Assembly: GCA_964016885.1 (NCBI GenBank)
Contig: OZ024755.1
Location: 40,734,001 to 40,798,000 of the forward strand
Length of the DNA stretch: 64,000 nt
Origin: Eledone cirrhosa
Lineage: Eukaryota
Reading direction: 5' to 3'
Shown: one piece after another, positions 14,601 through 30,599 of the stretch
How the letters are laid out: the number at the start of each line of letters is the position of its first letter
Numbering within the stretch: the stretch's first letter is position 1
Notes under the pieces: model-generated
Seen by the model: the letters and a program-made list of their open reading frames with translations, nothing else
Told to the model about the DNA's origin: nothing
Databases searched by the model: none
Program-made: the position numbers and the translations under genes

Positions 14601-17600
14601 CTTTCATTACCATATTGCTAATGAAAGACACTATCTATGTCTTTAACCCTTTCATTACCATATTTCTAATAAAAGACACCGTCTGTGTCATTAACCCTTT
14701 CATTACCATATTTCTAATGAAAGACACTGTCTATGTCATTAACCCTTTCATTACCATATTTCTAATAAAAGACACAGTCTATGTCATTAACCCTTTCATT
14801 ACCATATTTCTAATGAAAGACACTGTCTATGTCATTAACCCTTTCATTACCATATTTCTAATAAAAGACACCGTCCATGTCTTTAACCCTTTCATTACCA
14901 TATTTCTAATAAAAGACACCGTCTATGTCATTAACCCTTTCATTACCATATTGCTAATGAAAGACACTGTCTATGTCATTAACCCTTTCATTACCAGATT
15001 TCTAATGAAAGACACTGTATATGTCATTAACCCTTCCATTACCATATTTCTAATGAAAGACACCGTCTACGTCATTAACCCTTACATTACCATATTTCTA
15101 ATGAAAGACACCGTCTATGTCTTTAACCCTTCCATCAACATATTTCTAATGAAAGACACTGTCTATGTCATTAACCCTTCCATTACCATATTTCTAATGA
15201 AAGACACTGTATATGTCATTAACCCTTCCATTACCAGATTTCTAATGAAAGACACCGTCTATGTCTTTAACCCTTCCATTACCATATTTCTAATGAAAGA
15301 CACCGTCTATGTCTTTAACCCTTTCATTACCATATTTCTAATGAAAGACACCGTCTATGTCTTTCCATTACCATATTTCTAATGAAAGACACTGTATCTG
15401 TCATTAACCCCTCCATTACCATATTTCTAATGAAAGACACTGTCTACGTCATTAACCCTTCCATTACCATATTGCTAATGAAAGACACTGTCTATGTCAT
15501 TAACCCTTTCATTACCAGATTTCTAATGAAAGACACTGTCTATGTCATTAACCCTTCCATTACCATATTTCTAATAAAAGACACTGTCTATGTCTTTAAC
15601 CCTTTCATTACCATATTTCTAATAAAAGACACCGTCTATGTCTTTAACCTTTTCATTACCATATTTCTAATAAAAGACACCGTCTATGTCTTTAACCCTT
15701 CCATTACCATATTTCTAATGAAAGACACTGTCTATGTCATTAACCCTTCCATTACCAGATTGCTAATGAAAGACACTATATATGTCATTAACCCTTCCAT
15801 TACCATATTTCTAATGAAAGACACTGTCTATGTCATTAACCCTTCCATTAACAGATTTCTAATGAAAGACACTGTATATGTCATTAACCCTTCCATTACC
15901 ATATTTCTAATAAAAGACACTGTCTATGTCTTTAACCCTTTCATTACCATATTTCTAATAAAAGACACCGTCTATGTCTTTAACCGTTTCATTACCATAT
16001 TTCTAATAAAAGACACCGTCTATGTCATTAACCCTTTCATTACCATATTTCTAATAAAAGACACCGTCTATGTCTTTAACCCTTCCATTACCATATTTCT
16101 AATGAAAGACACTGTCTATGTCATTAACCCTTCCATTACCAGATTTCTAATGAAAGACACTATATATGTCATAAACCCTTCCATTACCATATTTCTTATG
16201 AAAGACACTGTCTATGTCATTAACCCTTCCATTACCATATTTGTAATGAAAGACACTGTATATGTCATTAACCCTTCCATTACCATATTTCTAATGAAAG
16301 ACACTGTCTATGTCATTAACCCTTCCATTAACAGATTTCTAATGAAAGACACTGTATATGTCATTAACCCTTCCATTACCATATTTCTAATAAAAGACAC
16401 TGTCTATGTCTTTAACCCTTTCATTACCATATTTCTAATAAAAGACACCGTCTATGTCTTTAACCTTTTCATTACCATATTTCTAATAAAAGACACCGTC
16501 TATGTCATTAACCCTTTCATTACCATATTTCTAATAAAAGACACCGTCTATGTCTTTAACCCTTTCATTACCATATTTCTAATAAAAGACACCGTCTATG
16601 TCTTTAACCCTTACATTACCATATTTCTAATAAAAGACACTGTCTATGTCATTAACCCTTTCATTACCATATTTCTAATAAAAGACACTGTCTATGTCTT
16701 ACCATATTTCTAATAAAAGACACCGTCTATGTCATCAACCCTTTCATTACCATATTTCTAATAAAAGACACCGTCTATGTCATTAACCCTTTCATTACCA
16801 TATTGCTAATGAAAGACACTATCTATGTCTTTAACCCTTTCATTACCATATTTCTAATAAAAGACACCGTCTGTGTCATTAACCCTTTCATTACCATATT
16901 TCTAATGAAAGACACCGTCTATGTCATTAACCCTTTCATTACCATATTGCTAATAAAAGACACCGTCTATGTCATTAACCCTTTCATTACCATATTGCTA
17001 ATGAAAGACACTATCTATGTCTTTAACCCTTTCATTACCATATTTCTAATAAAAGACACCGTCCATGTCTTTAACCCTTTCATTACCATATTTCTAATAA
17101 AAGACACCGTCTATGTCATTAACCCTTTCATTACCATATTGCTAATGAAAGACACTGTCTATGTCTTTAACCCTTTCATTACCATATTTCTAATAAAAGA
17201 CACCGTCCATGTCTTTAACCCTTTCATTACCATATTTCTAATAAAAGACACCGTCTATGTCATTAACCCTTTCATTACCATATTGCTAATGAAAGACACT
17301 GTCTATGTCATTAACCCTTTCATTACCAGATTTCTAATGAAAGACACTGTATATGTCATTAACCCTTCCATTACCATATTTCTAATGAAAGACACCGTCT
17401 ACGTCATTAACCCTTACATTACCATATTTCTAATGAAAGACACCGTCTATGTCTTTAACCCTTCCATCAACATATTTCTAATGAAAGACACTGTCTATGT
17501 CATTAACCCTTCCATTACCATATTTCTAATGAAAGACACTGTATATGTCATTAACCCTTCCATTACCAGATTTCTAATGAAAGACACCGTCTATGTCTTT

Positions 17601-20560
17601 AACCCTTCCATTACCATATTTCTAATGAAAGACACCGTCTATGTCTTTAACCCTTTCATTACCATATTTCTAATGAAAGACACCGTCTATGTCTTTCCAT
17701 TACCATATTTCTAATGAAAGACACTGTATCTGTCATTAACCCCTCCATTACCATATTTCTAATGAAAGACACTGTCTACGTCATTAACCCTTCCATTACC
17801 ATATTGCTAATGAAAGACACTGTCTATGTCATTAACCCTTTCATTACCAGATTTCTAATGAAAGACACTGTCTATGTCATTAACCCTTCCATTACCATAT
17901 TTCTAATAAAAGACACTGTCTATGTCTTTAACCCTTTCATTACCATATTTCTAATAAAAGACACCGTCTATGTCTTTAACCTTTTCATTACCATATTTCT
18001 AATAAAAGACACCGTCTATGTCTTTAACCCTTCCATTACCATATTTCTAATGAAAGACACTGTCTATGTCATTAACCCTTCCATTACCAGATTGCTAATG
18101 AAAGACACTATATATGTCATTAACCCTTCCATTACCATATTTCTAATGAAAGACACTGTCTATGTCATTAACCCTTCCATTAACAGATTTCTAATGAAAG
18201 ACACTGTATATGTCATTAACCCTTCCATTACCATATTTCTAATAAAAGACACTGTCTATGTCTTTAACCCTTTCATTACCATATTTCTAATAAAAGACAC
18301 CGTCTATGTCTTTAACCGTTTCATTACCATATTTCTAATAAAAGACACCGTCTATGTCATTAACCCTTTCATTACCATATTTCTAATAAAAGACACCGTC
18401 TATGTCTTTAACCCTTCCATTACCATATTTCTAATGAAAGACACTGTCTATGTCATTAACCCTTCCATTACCAGATTTCTAATGAAAGACACTATATATG
18501 TCATTAACCCTTCCATTACCATATTTCTTATGAAAGACACTGTCTATGTCATTAACCCTTCCATTACCATATTTGTAATGAAAGACACTGTATATGTCAT
18601 TAACCCTTCCATTACCATATTTCTAATGAAAGACACTGTCTATGTCATTAACCCTTCCATTAACAGATTTCTAATGAAAGACACTGTATATGTCATTAAC
18701 CCTTCCATTACCATATTTCTAATAAAAGACACTGTCTATGTCTTTAACCCTTTCATTACCATATTTCTAATAAAAGACACCGTCTATGTCTTTAACCTTT
18801 TCATTACCATATTTCTAATAAAAGACACCGTCTATGTCATTAACCCTTTCATTACCATATTTCTAATAAAAGACACCGTCTATGTCTTTAACCCTTTCAT
18901 TACCATATTTCTAATAAAAGACACCGTCTATGTCTTTAACCCTTACATTACCATATTTCTAATAAAAGACACTGTCTATGTCATTAACCCTTTCATTACC
19001 ATATTTCTAATAAAAGACACTGTCTATGTCTTACCATATTTCTAATAAAAGACACCGTCTATGTCATCAACCCTTTCATTACCATATTTCTAATAAAAGA
19101 CACCGTCTATGTCATTAACCCTTTCATTACCATATTGCTAATGAAAGACACTATCTATGTCTTTAACCCTTTCATTACCATATTTCTAATAAAAGACACC
19201 GTCTGTGTCATTAACCCTTTCATTACCATATTTCTAATGAAAGACACTGTCTATGTCATTAACCCTTTCATTACCATATTTCTAATAAAAGACACAGTCT
19301 ATGTCATTAACCCTTTCATTACCATATTTCTAATGAAAGACACTGTCTATGTCATTAACCCTTTCATTACCATATTTCTAATAAAAGACACCGTCCATGT
19401 CTTTAACCCTTTCATTACCATATTTCTAATAAAAGACACCGTCTATGTCATTAACCCTTTCATTACCATATTGCTAATGAAAGACACTGTCTATGTCATT
19501 AACCCTTTCATTACCAGATTTCTAATGAAAGACACTGTATATGTCATTAACCCTTCCATTACCATATTTCTAATGAAAGACACCGTCTACGTCATTAACC
19601 CTTACATTACCATATTTCTAATGAAAGACACCGTCTATGTCTTTAACCCTTCCATCAACATATTTCTAATGAAAGACACTGTCTATGTCATTAACCCTTC
19701 CATTACCATATTTCTAATGAAAGACACTGTATATGTCATTAACCCTTCCATTACCAGATTTCTAATGAAAGACACCGTCTATGTCTTTAACCCTTCCATT
19801 ACCATATTTCTAATGAAAGACACCGTCTATGTCTTTAACCCTTTCATTACCATATTTCTAATGAAAGACACCGTCTATGTCTTTCCATTACCATATTTCT
19901 AATGAAAGACACTGTATCTGTCATTAACCCCTCCATTACCATATTTCTAATGAAAGACACTGTCTACGTCATTAACCCTTCCATTACCATATTGCTAATG
20001 AAAGACACTGTCTATGTCATTAACCCTTTCATTACCAGATTTCTAATGAAAGACACTGTCTATGTCATTAACCCTTCCATTACCATATTTCTAATAAAAG
20101 ACACTGTCTATGTCTTTAACCCTTTCATTACCATATTTCTAATAAAAGACACCGTCTATGTCTTTAACCTTTTCATTACCATATTTCTAATAAAAGACAC
20201 CGTCTATGTCTTTAACCCTTCCATTACCATATTTCTAATGAAAGACACTGTCTATGTCATTAACCCTTCCATTACCAGATTGCTAATGAAAGACACTATA
20301 TATGTCATTAACCCTTCCATTACCATATTTCTAATGAAAGACACTGTCTATGTCATTAACCCTTCCATTAACAGATTTCTAATGAAAGACACTGTATATG
20401 TCATTGACCCTTCCATTACCATATTTCTAATAAAAGACACTGTCTATGTCTTTAACCCTTTCATTACCATATTTCTAATAAAAGACACCGTCTATGTCTT
20501 TAACCGTTTCATTACCATATTTCTAATAAAAGACACCGTCTATGTCATTAACCCTTTCAT
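11640..20560. repeat. Higher-order repeat of 46 monomers (2188 bp), about 4 tandem copies; boundaries approximate
   Basis: Landmarks recur at 12427, 14615, 16803 and 19135 (spacings 2188, 2188, 2332). 2188 = 46x48 minus a 13-bp and a 7-bp deletion; 2332 adds 3 monomers. The 443-aa translations at 13194, 15382 and 17714 appear identical. Confidence 0.93.
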
Positions 20561-23500
20561 TACCATATTTCTAATAAAAGACACAGTCTATGTCTTTAAC
20601 CCTTTCATTACCATATTTCTAATAAAAGACACCGTCTATGTCTTTAACCCTTACATTACCATATTTCTAATAAAAGACACTGTCTATGTCATTAACCCTT
20701 TCATTACCATATTTCTAATAAAAGACACTGTCTATGTCTTTAACCCTTTCATTACCATATTTCTAATAAAAGACACCGTCTATGTCATCAACCCTTTCAT
20801 TACCATATTTCTAATAAAAGACACCGTCTATATCATTAACCCTTTCATTACCATATTGCTAATGAAAGACACTATCTATGTCTTTAACCCTTTCATTACC
20901 ATATTTCTAATAAAAGACACCGTCTATGTCATTAACCCTTTCATTACCATATTTCTAATGAAAGACACTGTCTATGTCATTAACCCTTTCATTACCATAT
21001 TTCTAATAAAAGACACCGTCTATGTCATTAACCCTTTCATTACCATATTTCTAATGAAAGACACTGTCTATGTCATTAACCCTTTCATTACCATATTTCT
21101 AATAAAAGACACTGTCTATGTCTTTAACCCTTTCATTACCATATTTCTAATAAAAGACACCGTCTATGTCTTTAGCCCTTTCATTACCATATTTCTAATA
21201 AAATACACCGTCTATGTCTTTAACACTTTCATTACCATATTTCTAATGAAAGACACCGTCTATGTCATTAACCCTTCCATTACCGGATTTCTAATGAAAG
21301 ACACTGTATATGTCATTAACCCTTCCATTACCATTTTTCTAATGAAAGACACCGTCTACGTCATTAACCCTTACATTACCATATTTCTAATGAAAGACAC
21401 CGTCTATGTCTTTAACCCTTCCATCAACATATTTCTAATGAAAGACACTGTCTATGTCATTAACCCTTCCATTACCATATTTCTAATGAAAGACACTGTA
21501 TATGTCATTAACCCTTCCATTACCATATTTCTAATGAAAGACACCATCTATGTCTTTAACCCTTCCATTACCATATTTCTAATGAAAGACACTGTATATG
21601 TCATTAACCCTTCCATTACCATATTTCTAATGAAAGACACTGTATATGTCATTAACCCTTCCATTACCAGATTTCTAATGAAAGACACCGTCTATGTCAT
21701 TAACCCTTCCATTACCATATTTCTAATGAAAGACACCGTCTATGTCTTTAACCCTTCCATTACCATATTTCTAATGAAAGACACCGTCTAGGTCATTAAC
21801 CCCTCCATTACCATATTTCTAATGAAAGACACTGTCTAGTCATTAACCCTTTTATTACCATATTTCTAATGAAAGACACCGTCTATGTCTTTAACCTTTT
21901 CATTACCATATTTCTAATGAAAGACACCGTCTATGTCTTTAACACTTTCATTACCATATTTCTAATGAAAGACACCATCTATGTCATTAATCCTTTCATT
22001 ACCAGATTTCTATTGAAAGCCACCGTCTATGTCTTTAACCCTTCCATTACCATATTTCTAATGAAAGACACTGTCTATGTCATTAACCCTTCCATTACCA
22101 GATTTCTAATGAAAGACACTATATATGTCATTAACCCTTCCATTACCATATTTCTTATGAAAGACACTGTCTATGTCATTAACCCTTCCATTACCATATT
22201 TGTAATGAAAGACACTGTATATGTCATTAACCCTTCCATTACCATATTTCTAATGAAAGACACTGTCTATGTCATTAATCCTTCCATTAACAGATTTCTA
22301 ATGAAAGACACTGTATATGTCATTAACCCTTCCATTACCATATTTCTAATAAAAGACACTGTCTATGTCTTTAACCCTTTCATTACCATATTTCTAATAA
22401 AAGACACCGTCTATGTCTTTAACCTTTTCATTACCATATTTCTAATAAAAGACACCGTCTATGTCATTAACCCTTTCATTACCATATTTCTAATAAAAGA
22501 CACCGTCTATGTCTTTAACCCTTTCATTACCATATTTCTAATAAAAGACACCGTCTATGTCTTTAACCCTTACATTACCATATTTCTAATAAAAGACACT
22601 GTCTATGTCATTAACCCTTTCATTACCATATTTCTAATAAAAGACACTGTCTATGTCTTACCATATTTCTAATAAAAGACACCGTCTATGTCATCAACCC
22701 TTTCATTACCATATTTCTAATAAAAGACACCGTCTATGTCATTAACCCTTTCATTACCATATTGCTAATGAAAGACACTATCTATGTCTTTAACCCTTTC
22801 ATTACCATATTTCTAATAAAAGACACCGTCTATGTCATTAACCCTTTCATTACCATATTTCTAATGAAAGACACTGTCTATGTCATTAACCCTTCCATTA
22901 CCATATTTCTAATGAAAGACACTGTCTATGTCATTAACCCTTCCATTAACAGATTTCTAATGAAAGACACTGTATATGTCATTAACCCTTCCATTACCAT
23001 ATTTCTAATACAAGACACTGTCTATGTCTTTAACCCTCTCATTACCATATTTCTAATAAAAGACACCGTCTATGTCTTTAACCTTTTCATTACCATATTT
23101 CTAATAAAAGACACCGTCTATGTCATTAACCCTTTCATTACCATATTTCTAATAAAAGACACCGTCTATGTCTTTAACCCTTTCATTACCATATTTCTAA
23201 TAAAAGACACCGTCTATGTCTTTAACCCTTACATTACCATATTTCTAATAAAAGACACTGTCTATGTCATTAACCCTTTCATTACCATATTTCTAATAAA
23301 AGACACTGTCTATGTCATACCATATTTCTAATAAAAGACACCGTCTATGTCATCAACCCTTTCATTACCATATTTCTAATAAAAGACACCGTCTATGTCT
23401 TTAACCCTTTCATTACCATATTTCTAATAAAAGACACCGTCTATGTCATTAACCCTTTCATTACCATATTTCTAATGAAAGACACTGTCTATGTCATTAA

Positions 23501-26500
23501 CCCTTTCATTACCATATTTCTAATAAAAGACACCGTCTATGTCATTAACCCTTTCATTACCATATTTCTAATGAAAGACACTGTCTATGTCATTAACCCT
23601 TTCATTACCATATTTCTAATAAAAGACACTGTCTATGTCTTTAAACCTTTCATTACCATATTTCTAATAAAAGACACCGTCTATGTCTTTAACCCTTTCA
23701 TTACCATATTTCTAATAAAAGACACCGTCTATGTCATTAACCCTTTCATTACCATATTGCTAATGAAAGACACTGTCTATGTCATTAACCCTTTCATTAC
23801 CATATTTCTAATGAAATACACCGTCTATGTCTTTAACACTTTCATTACCATATTTCTAATGAAAGACACCGTCTATGTCATTAACCCTTCCATTACCGGA
23901 TTTCTAATGAAAGACACTGTATATGTCATTAACCCTTCCATTACCATTTTTCTAATGAAAGACACCGTCTACGTCATTAACCCTTACATTACCATATTTC
24001 TAATGAAAGACACCGTCTATGTCTTTAACCCTTCCATCAACATATTTCTAATGAAAGACACTGTCTATGTCATTAACCCTTCCATTACCATATTTCTAAT
24101 GAAAGACACTGTATATGTCATTAACCCTTCCATTACCAGATTTCTAATGAAAGACACTGTATATGTCATTAACCCTTCCATTACCATATTTCTAATGAAA
24201 GACACCGTCTATGTCATTAACCCTTCCATTACCATATTTCTAATGAAAGACACCGTCTATGTCTTTAACCCTTCCATTACCATATTTCTAATGAAAGACA
24301 CTGTATATGTCATTAACCCTTCCATTACCATATTTCTAATGAAAGACACTGTATATGTCATTAACCCTTCCATTACCAGATTTCTAATGAAAGACACCGT
24401 CTATGTCATTAACCCTTCCATTACCATATTTCTAATGAAAGACACCGTCTATGTCTTTAACCCTTCCATTACCATATTTCTAATGAAAGACACCGTCTAG
24501 GTCATTAACCCCTCCATTACCATATTTCTAATGAAAGACACTGTCTAGTCATTAACCCTTTTATTACCATATTTCTAATGAAAGACACTGTCTATGTCAT
24601 TAACCCTTCCATTACCATATTTCTAATGAAAGACACTGTCTATGTCATTAACCTTTTCATTACCATATTTCTAATGAAAGACACCGTCTATGTCTTTAAC
24701 ACTTTCATTACCATATTTCTAATGAAAGACACCGTCTATGTCATTAATCCTTTCATTACCAGATTTCTATTGAAAGACACCGTCTATGTCTTTAACCCTT
24801 CCATTACCATATTTCTAATGAAAGACACTGTCTATGTCATTAACCCTTCCATTACCAGATTTCTAATGAAAGACACTATATATGTCATTAACCCTTCCAT
24901 TACCATATTTCTTATGAAAGACACTGTCTATGTCATTAACCCTTCCATTACCATATTTGTAATGAAAGACACTGTATATGTCATTAACCCTTCCATTACC
25001 ATATTTCTAATGAAAGACACTGTCTATGTCATTAACCCTTCCATTAACAGATTTCTAATGAAAGACACTGTATATGTCATTAACCCTTCCATTACCATAT
25101 TTCTAATAAAAGACACTGTCTATGTCATTAACCCTTTCATTACCATATTTCTAATAAAAGACACTGTCTATGTCTTTAACCCTTTCATTACCATATTTCT
25201 AATAAAAGACACCGTCTATGTCATCAACCCTTTCATTACCATATTTCTAATAAAAGACACCGTCTATGTCATTAACCCTTTCATTACCATATTTCTAATG
25301 AAAGACACTGTCTATGTCATTAACCCTTTCATTACCATATTTCTAATAAAAGACACCGTCTATGTCATTAACCCTTTCATTACCATATTTCTAATGAAAG
25401 ACACTGTCTATGTCATTAACCCTTTCATTACCATATTTCTAATAAAAGACACTGTCTATGTCTTTAAACCTTTCATTACCATATTTCTAATAAAAGACAC
25501 CGTCTATGTCTTTAACCCTTTCATTACCATATTTCTAATAAAAGACACCGTCTATGTCATTAACCCTTTCATTACCATATTGCTAATGAAAGACACTGTC
25601 TATGTCATTAACCCTTTCATTACCATATTTCTAATGAAATACACCGTCTATGTCTTTAACACTTTCAATACCATATTTCTAATGAAAGACACCGTCTATG
25701 TCATTAACCCTTCCATTACCGGATTTCTAATGAAAGACACTGTATATGTCATTAACCCTTCCATTACCATTTTTCTAATGAAAGACACCGTCTACGTCAT
25801 TAACCCTTACATTACCATATTTCTAATGAAAGACACCGTCTATGTCTTTAACCCTTCCATCAACATATTTCTAATGAAAGACACTGTCTATGTCATTAAC
25901 CCTTCCATTACCATATTTCTAATGAAAGACACTGTATATGTCATTAACCCTTCCATTACCAGATTTCTAATGAAAGACACTGTATATGTCATTAACCCTT
26001 CCATTACCATATTTCTAATGAAAGACACCGTCTATGTCATTAACCCTTCCATTACCATATTTCTAATGAAAGACACCGTCTATGTCTTTAACCCTTCCAT
26101 TACCATATTTCTAATGAAAGACACTGTATATGTCATTAACCCTTCCATTACCATATTTCTAATGAAAGACACTGTATATGTCATTAACCCTTCCATTACC
26201 AGATTTCTAATGAAAGACACCGTCTATGTCATTAACCCTTCCATTACCATATTTCTAATGAAAGACACCGTCTATGTCTTTAACCCTTCCATTACCATAT
26301 TTCTAATGAAAGACACCGTCTAGGTCATTAACCCCTCCATTACCATATTTCTAATGAAAGACACTGTCTAGTCATTAACCCTTTTATTACCATATTTCTA
26401 ATGAAAGACACTGTCTATGTCATTAACCCTTCCATTACCATATTTCTAATGAAAGACACTGTCTATGTCATTAACCTTTTCATTACCATATTTCTAATGA

Positions 26501-29500
26501 AAGACACCGTCTATGTCTTTAACACTTTCATTACCATATTTCTAATGAAAGACACCGTCTATGTCATTAATCCTTTCATTACCAGATTTCTATTGAAAGA
26601 CACCGTCTATGTCTTTAACCCTTCCATTACCATATTTCTAATGAAAGACACCGTCTAGGTCATTAACCCCTCCATTACCATATTTCTAATGAAAGACACT
26701 GTCTAGTCATTAACCCTTCCATTACCATATTTCTAATGAAAGACACTGTCTATGTCATTAACCCTTCCATTACCAGATTTCTAATGAAAGACACTATATA
26801 TGTCATTAACCCTTCCATTACCATATTTCTTATGAAAGACACTGTCTATGTCATTAACCCTTCCATTACCATATTTGTAATGAAAGACACTGTATATGTC
26901 ATTAACCCTTCCATTACCATATTTCTAATAAAAGACACCGTCTATGTCATCAACCCTTTTATTACCATATTTCTAATGAAAGACACCGTCTATGTCTTTA
27001 ACCCTTCCATTACCATATTTCTAATGAAAGACACCGTCTAGGTCATTAACCCTTCCATTACCATATTTCTAATGAAAGACACTGTCTAGTCATTAACCCT
27101 TCCATTACCATATTTCTAATGAAAGACACTGTCTATGTCATTAACCCTTCCATTAACAGATTTCTAATGAAAGACACTGTATATGTCATTAACCCTTCCA
27201 TTACCATATTTCTAATAAAAGACACTGTCTATGTCTTTAACCCTTTCATTACCATATTTCTAATAAAAGACACCGTCTATGTCTTTAACCTTTTCATTAC
27301 CATATTTCTAATAAAAGACACCGTCTATGTCATTAACCCTTTCATTACCATATTTCTAATAAAAGACACCGTCTATGTCTTTAACCCTTTCATTACCATA
27401 TTTCTAATAAAAGACACCGTCTATGTCTTTAACCCTTACATTACCATATTTCTAATAAAAGACACTGTCTATGTCATTAACCCTTTCATTACCATATTTC
27501 TAATAAAAGACACTGTCTATGTCTTACCATATTTCTAATAAAAGACACCGTCTATGTCATCAACCCTTTCATTACCATATTTCTAATAAAAGACACCGTC
27601 TATGTCATTAACCCTTTCATTACCATATTGCTAATGAAAGACACTATCTATGTCTTTAACCCTTTCATTACCATATTTCTAATAAAAGACACCGTCTGTG
27701 TCATTAACCCTTTCATTACCATATTTCTAATGAAAGACACTGTCTATGTCATTAACCCTTTCATTACCATATTTCTAATAAAAGACACAGTCTATGTCAT
27801 TAACCCTTTCATTACCATATTTCTAATGAAAGACACTGTCTATGTCATTAACCCTTTCATTACCATATTTCTAATAAAAGACACCGTCCATGTCTTTAAC
27901 CCTTTCATTACCATATTTCTAATAAAAGACACCGTCTATGTCATTAACCCTTTCATTACCATATTGCTAATGAAAGACACTGTCTATGTCATTAACCCTT
28001 TCATTACCAGATTTCTAATGAAAGACACTGTATATGTCATTAACCCTTCCATTACCATATTTCTAATGAAAGACACCGTCTACGTCATTAACCCTTACAT
28101 TACCATATTTCTAATGAAAGACACCGTCTATGTCTTTAACCCTTCCATCAACATATTTCTAATGAAAGACACTGTCTATGTCATTAACCCTTCCATTACC
28201 ATATTTCTAATGAAAGACACTGTATATGTCATTAACACTTCCATTACCAGATTTCTAATGAAAGACACTGTATATGTCATTAACCCTTCCATTACCAGAT
28301 TTCTAATGAAAGACACCGTCTATGTCTTTAACCCTTCCATTACCATATTTCTAATGAAAGACACCGTCTATGTCTTTAACCCTTTCATTACCATATTTCT
28401 AATGAAAGACACCGTCTATGTCTTTCCATTACCATATTTCTAATGAAAGACACTGTATCTGTCATTAACCCCTCCATTACCATATTTCTAATGAAAGACA
28501 CTGTCTACGTCATTAACCCTTCCATTATCATATTGCTAATGAAAGACACTGTCTATGTCATTAACCCTTTCATTACCAGATTTCTAATGAAAGACACTGT
28601 CTATGTCATTAACCCTTCCATTACCATATTTCTAATAAAAGACACTGTCTATGTCTTTAACCCTTTCATTACCATATTTCTAATAAAAGACACCGTCTAT
28701 GTCTTTAACCTTTTCATTACCATATTTCTAATAAAAGACACCGTCTATGTCTTTAACCCTTCCATTACCATATTTCTAATGAAAGACACTGTCTATGTCA
28801 TTAACCCTTCCATTACCAGATTGCTAATGAAAGACACTATATATGTCATTAACCCTTCCATTACCATATTTCTAATGAAAGACACTGTCTATGTCATTAA
28901 CCCTTCCATTAACAGATTTCTAATGAAAGACACTGTATATGTCATTAACCCTTCCATTACCATATTTCTAATAAAAGACACTGTCTATGTCTTTAACCCT
29001 TTCATTACCATATTTCTAATAAAAGACACCGTCTATGTCTTTAACCGTTTCATTACCATATTTCTAATAAAAGACACCGTCTATGTCATTAACCCTTTCA
29101 TTACCATATTTCTAATAAAAGACACAGTCTATGTCTTTAACCCTTTCATTACCATATTTCTAATAAAAGACACCGTCTATGTCTTTAACCCTTACATTAC
29201 CATATTTCTAATAAAAGACACTGTCTATGTCATTAACCCTTTCATTACCATATTTCTAATAAAAGACACTGTCTATGTCTTTAACCCTTTCATTACCATA
29301 TTTCTAATAAAAGACACCGTCTATGTCATCAACCCTTTCATTACCATATTTCTAATAAAAGACACCGTCTATATCATTAACCCTTTCATTACCATATTGC
29401 TAATGAAAGACACTATCTATGTCTTTAACCCTTTCATTACCATATTTCTAATAAAAGACACCGTCTATGTCATTAACCCTTTCATTACCATATTTCTAAT

Positions 29501-30599
29501 GAAAGACACTGTCTATGTCATTAACCCTTTCATTACCATATTTCTAATAAAAGACACCGTCTATGTCATTAACCCTTTCATTACCATATTTCTAATGAAA
29601 GACACTGTCTATGTCATTAACCCTTTCATTACCATATTTCTAATAAAAGACACTGTCTATGTCTTTAACCCTTTCATTACCATATTTCTAATAAAAGACA
29701 CCGTCTATGTCTTTAGCCCTTTCATTACCATATTTCTAATAAAATACACCGTCTATGTCTTTAACACTTTCATTACCATATTTCTAATGAAAGACACCGT
29801 CTATTTCATTAACCCTTCCATTACCGGATTTCTAATGAAAGACACTGTATATGTCATTAACCCTTCCATTACCATTTTTCTAATGAAAGACACCGTCTAC
29901 GTCATTAACCCTTACATTACCATATTTCTAATGAAAGACACCGTCTATGTCTTTAACCCTTCCATCAACATATTTCTAATGAAAGACACTGTCTATGTCA
30001 TTAACCCTTCCATTACCATATTTCTAATGAAAGACACTGTATATGTCATTAACCCTTCCATTACCATATTTCTAATGAAAGACACCATCTATGTCTTTAA
30101 CCCTTCCATTACCATATTTCTAATGAAAGACACTGTATATGTCATTAACCCTTCCATTACCATATTTCTAATGAAAGACACTGTATATGTCATTAACCCT
30201 TCCATTACCAGATTTCTAATGAAAGACACCGTCTATGTCATTAACCCTTCCATTACCATATTTCTAATGAAAGACACCGTCTATGTCTTTAACCCTTCCA
30301 TTACCATATTTCTAATGAAAGACACCGTCTAGGTCATTAACCCCTCCATTACCATATTTCTAATGAAAGACACTGTCTAGTCATTAATGAAAGACACTGT
30401 CTATGTCATTAACCCTTCCATTACCATATTTCTAATGAAAGACACTGTCTATGTCATTAAACTTTTCATTACCATATTTCTAATGAAAGACACCGTCTAT
30501 GTCTTTAACACTTTCATTACCATATTTCTAATGAAAGACACCGTCTATGTCATTAATCCTTTCATTACCAGATTTCTATTGAAAGACACCGTCTATGTC

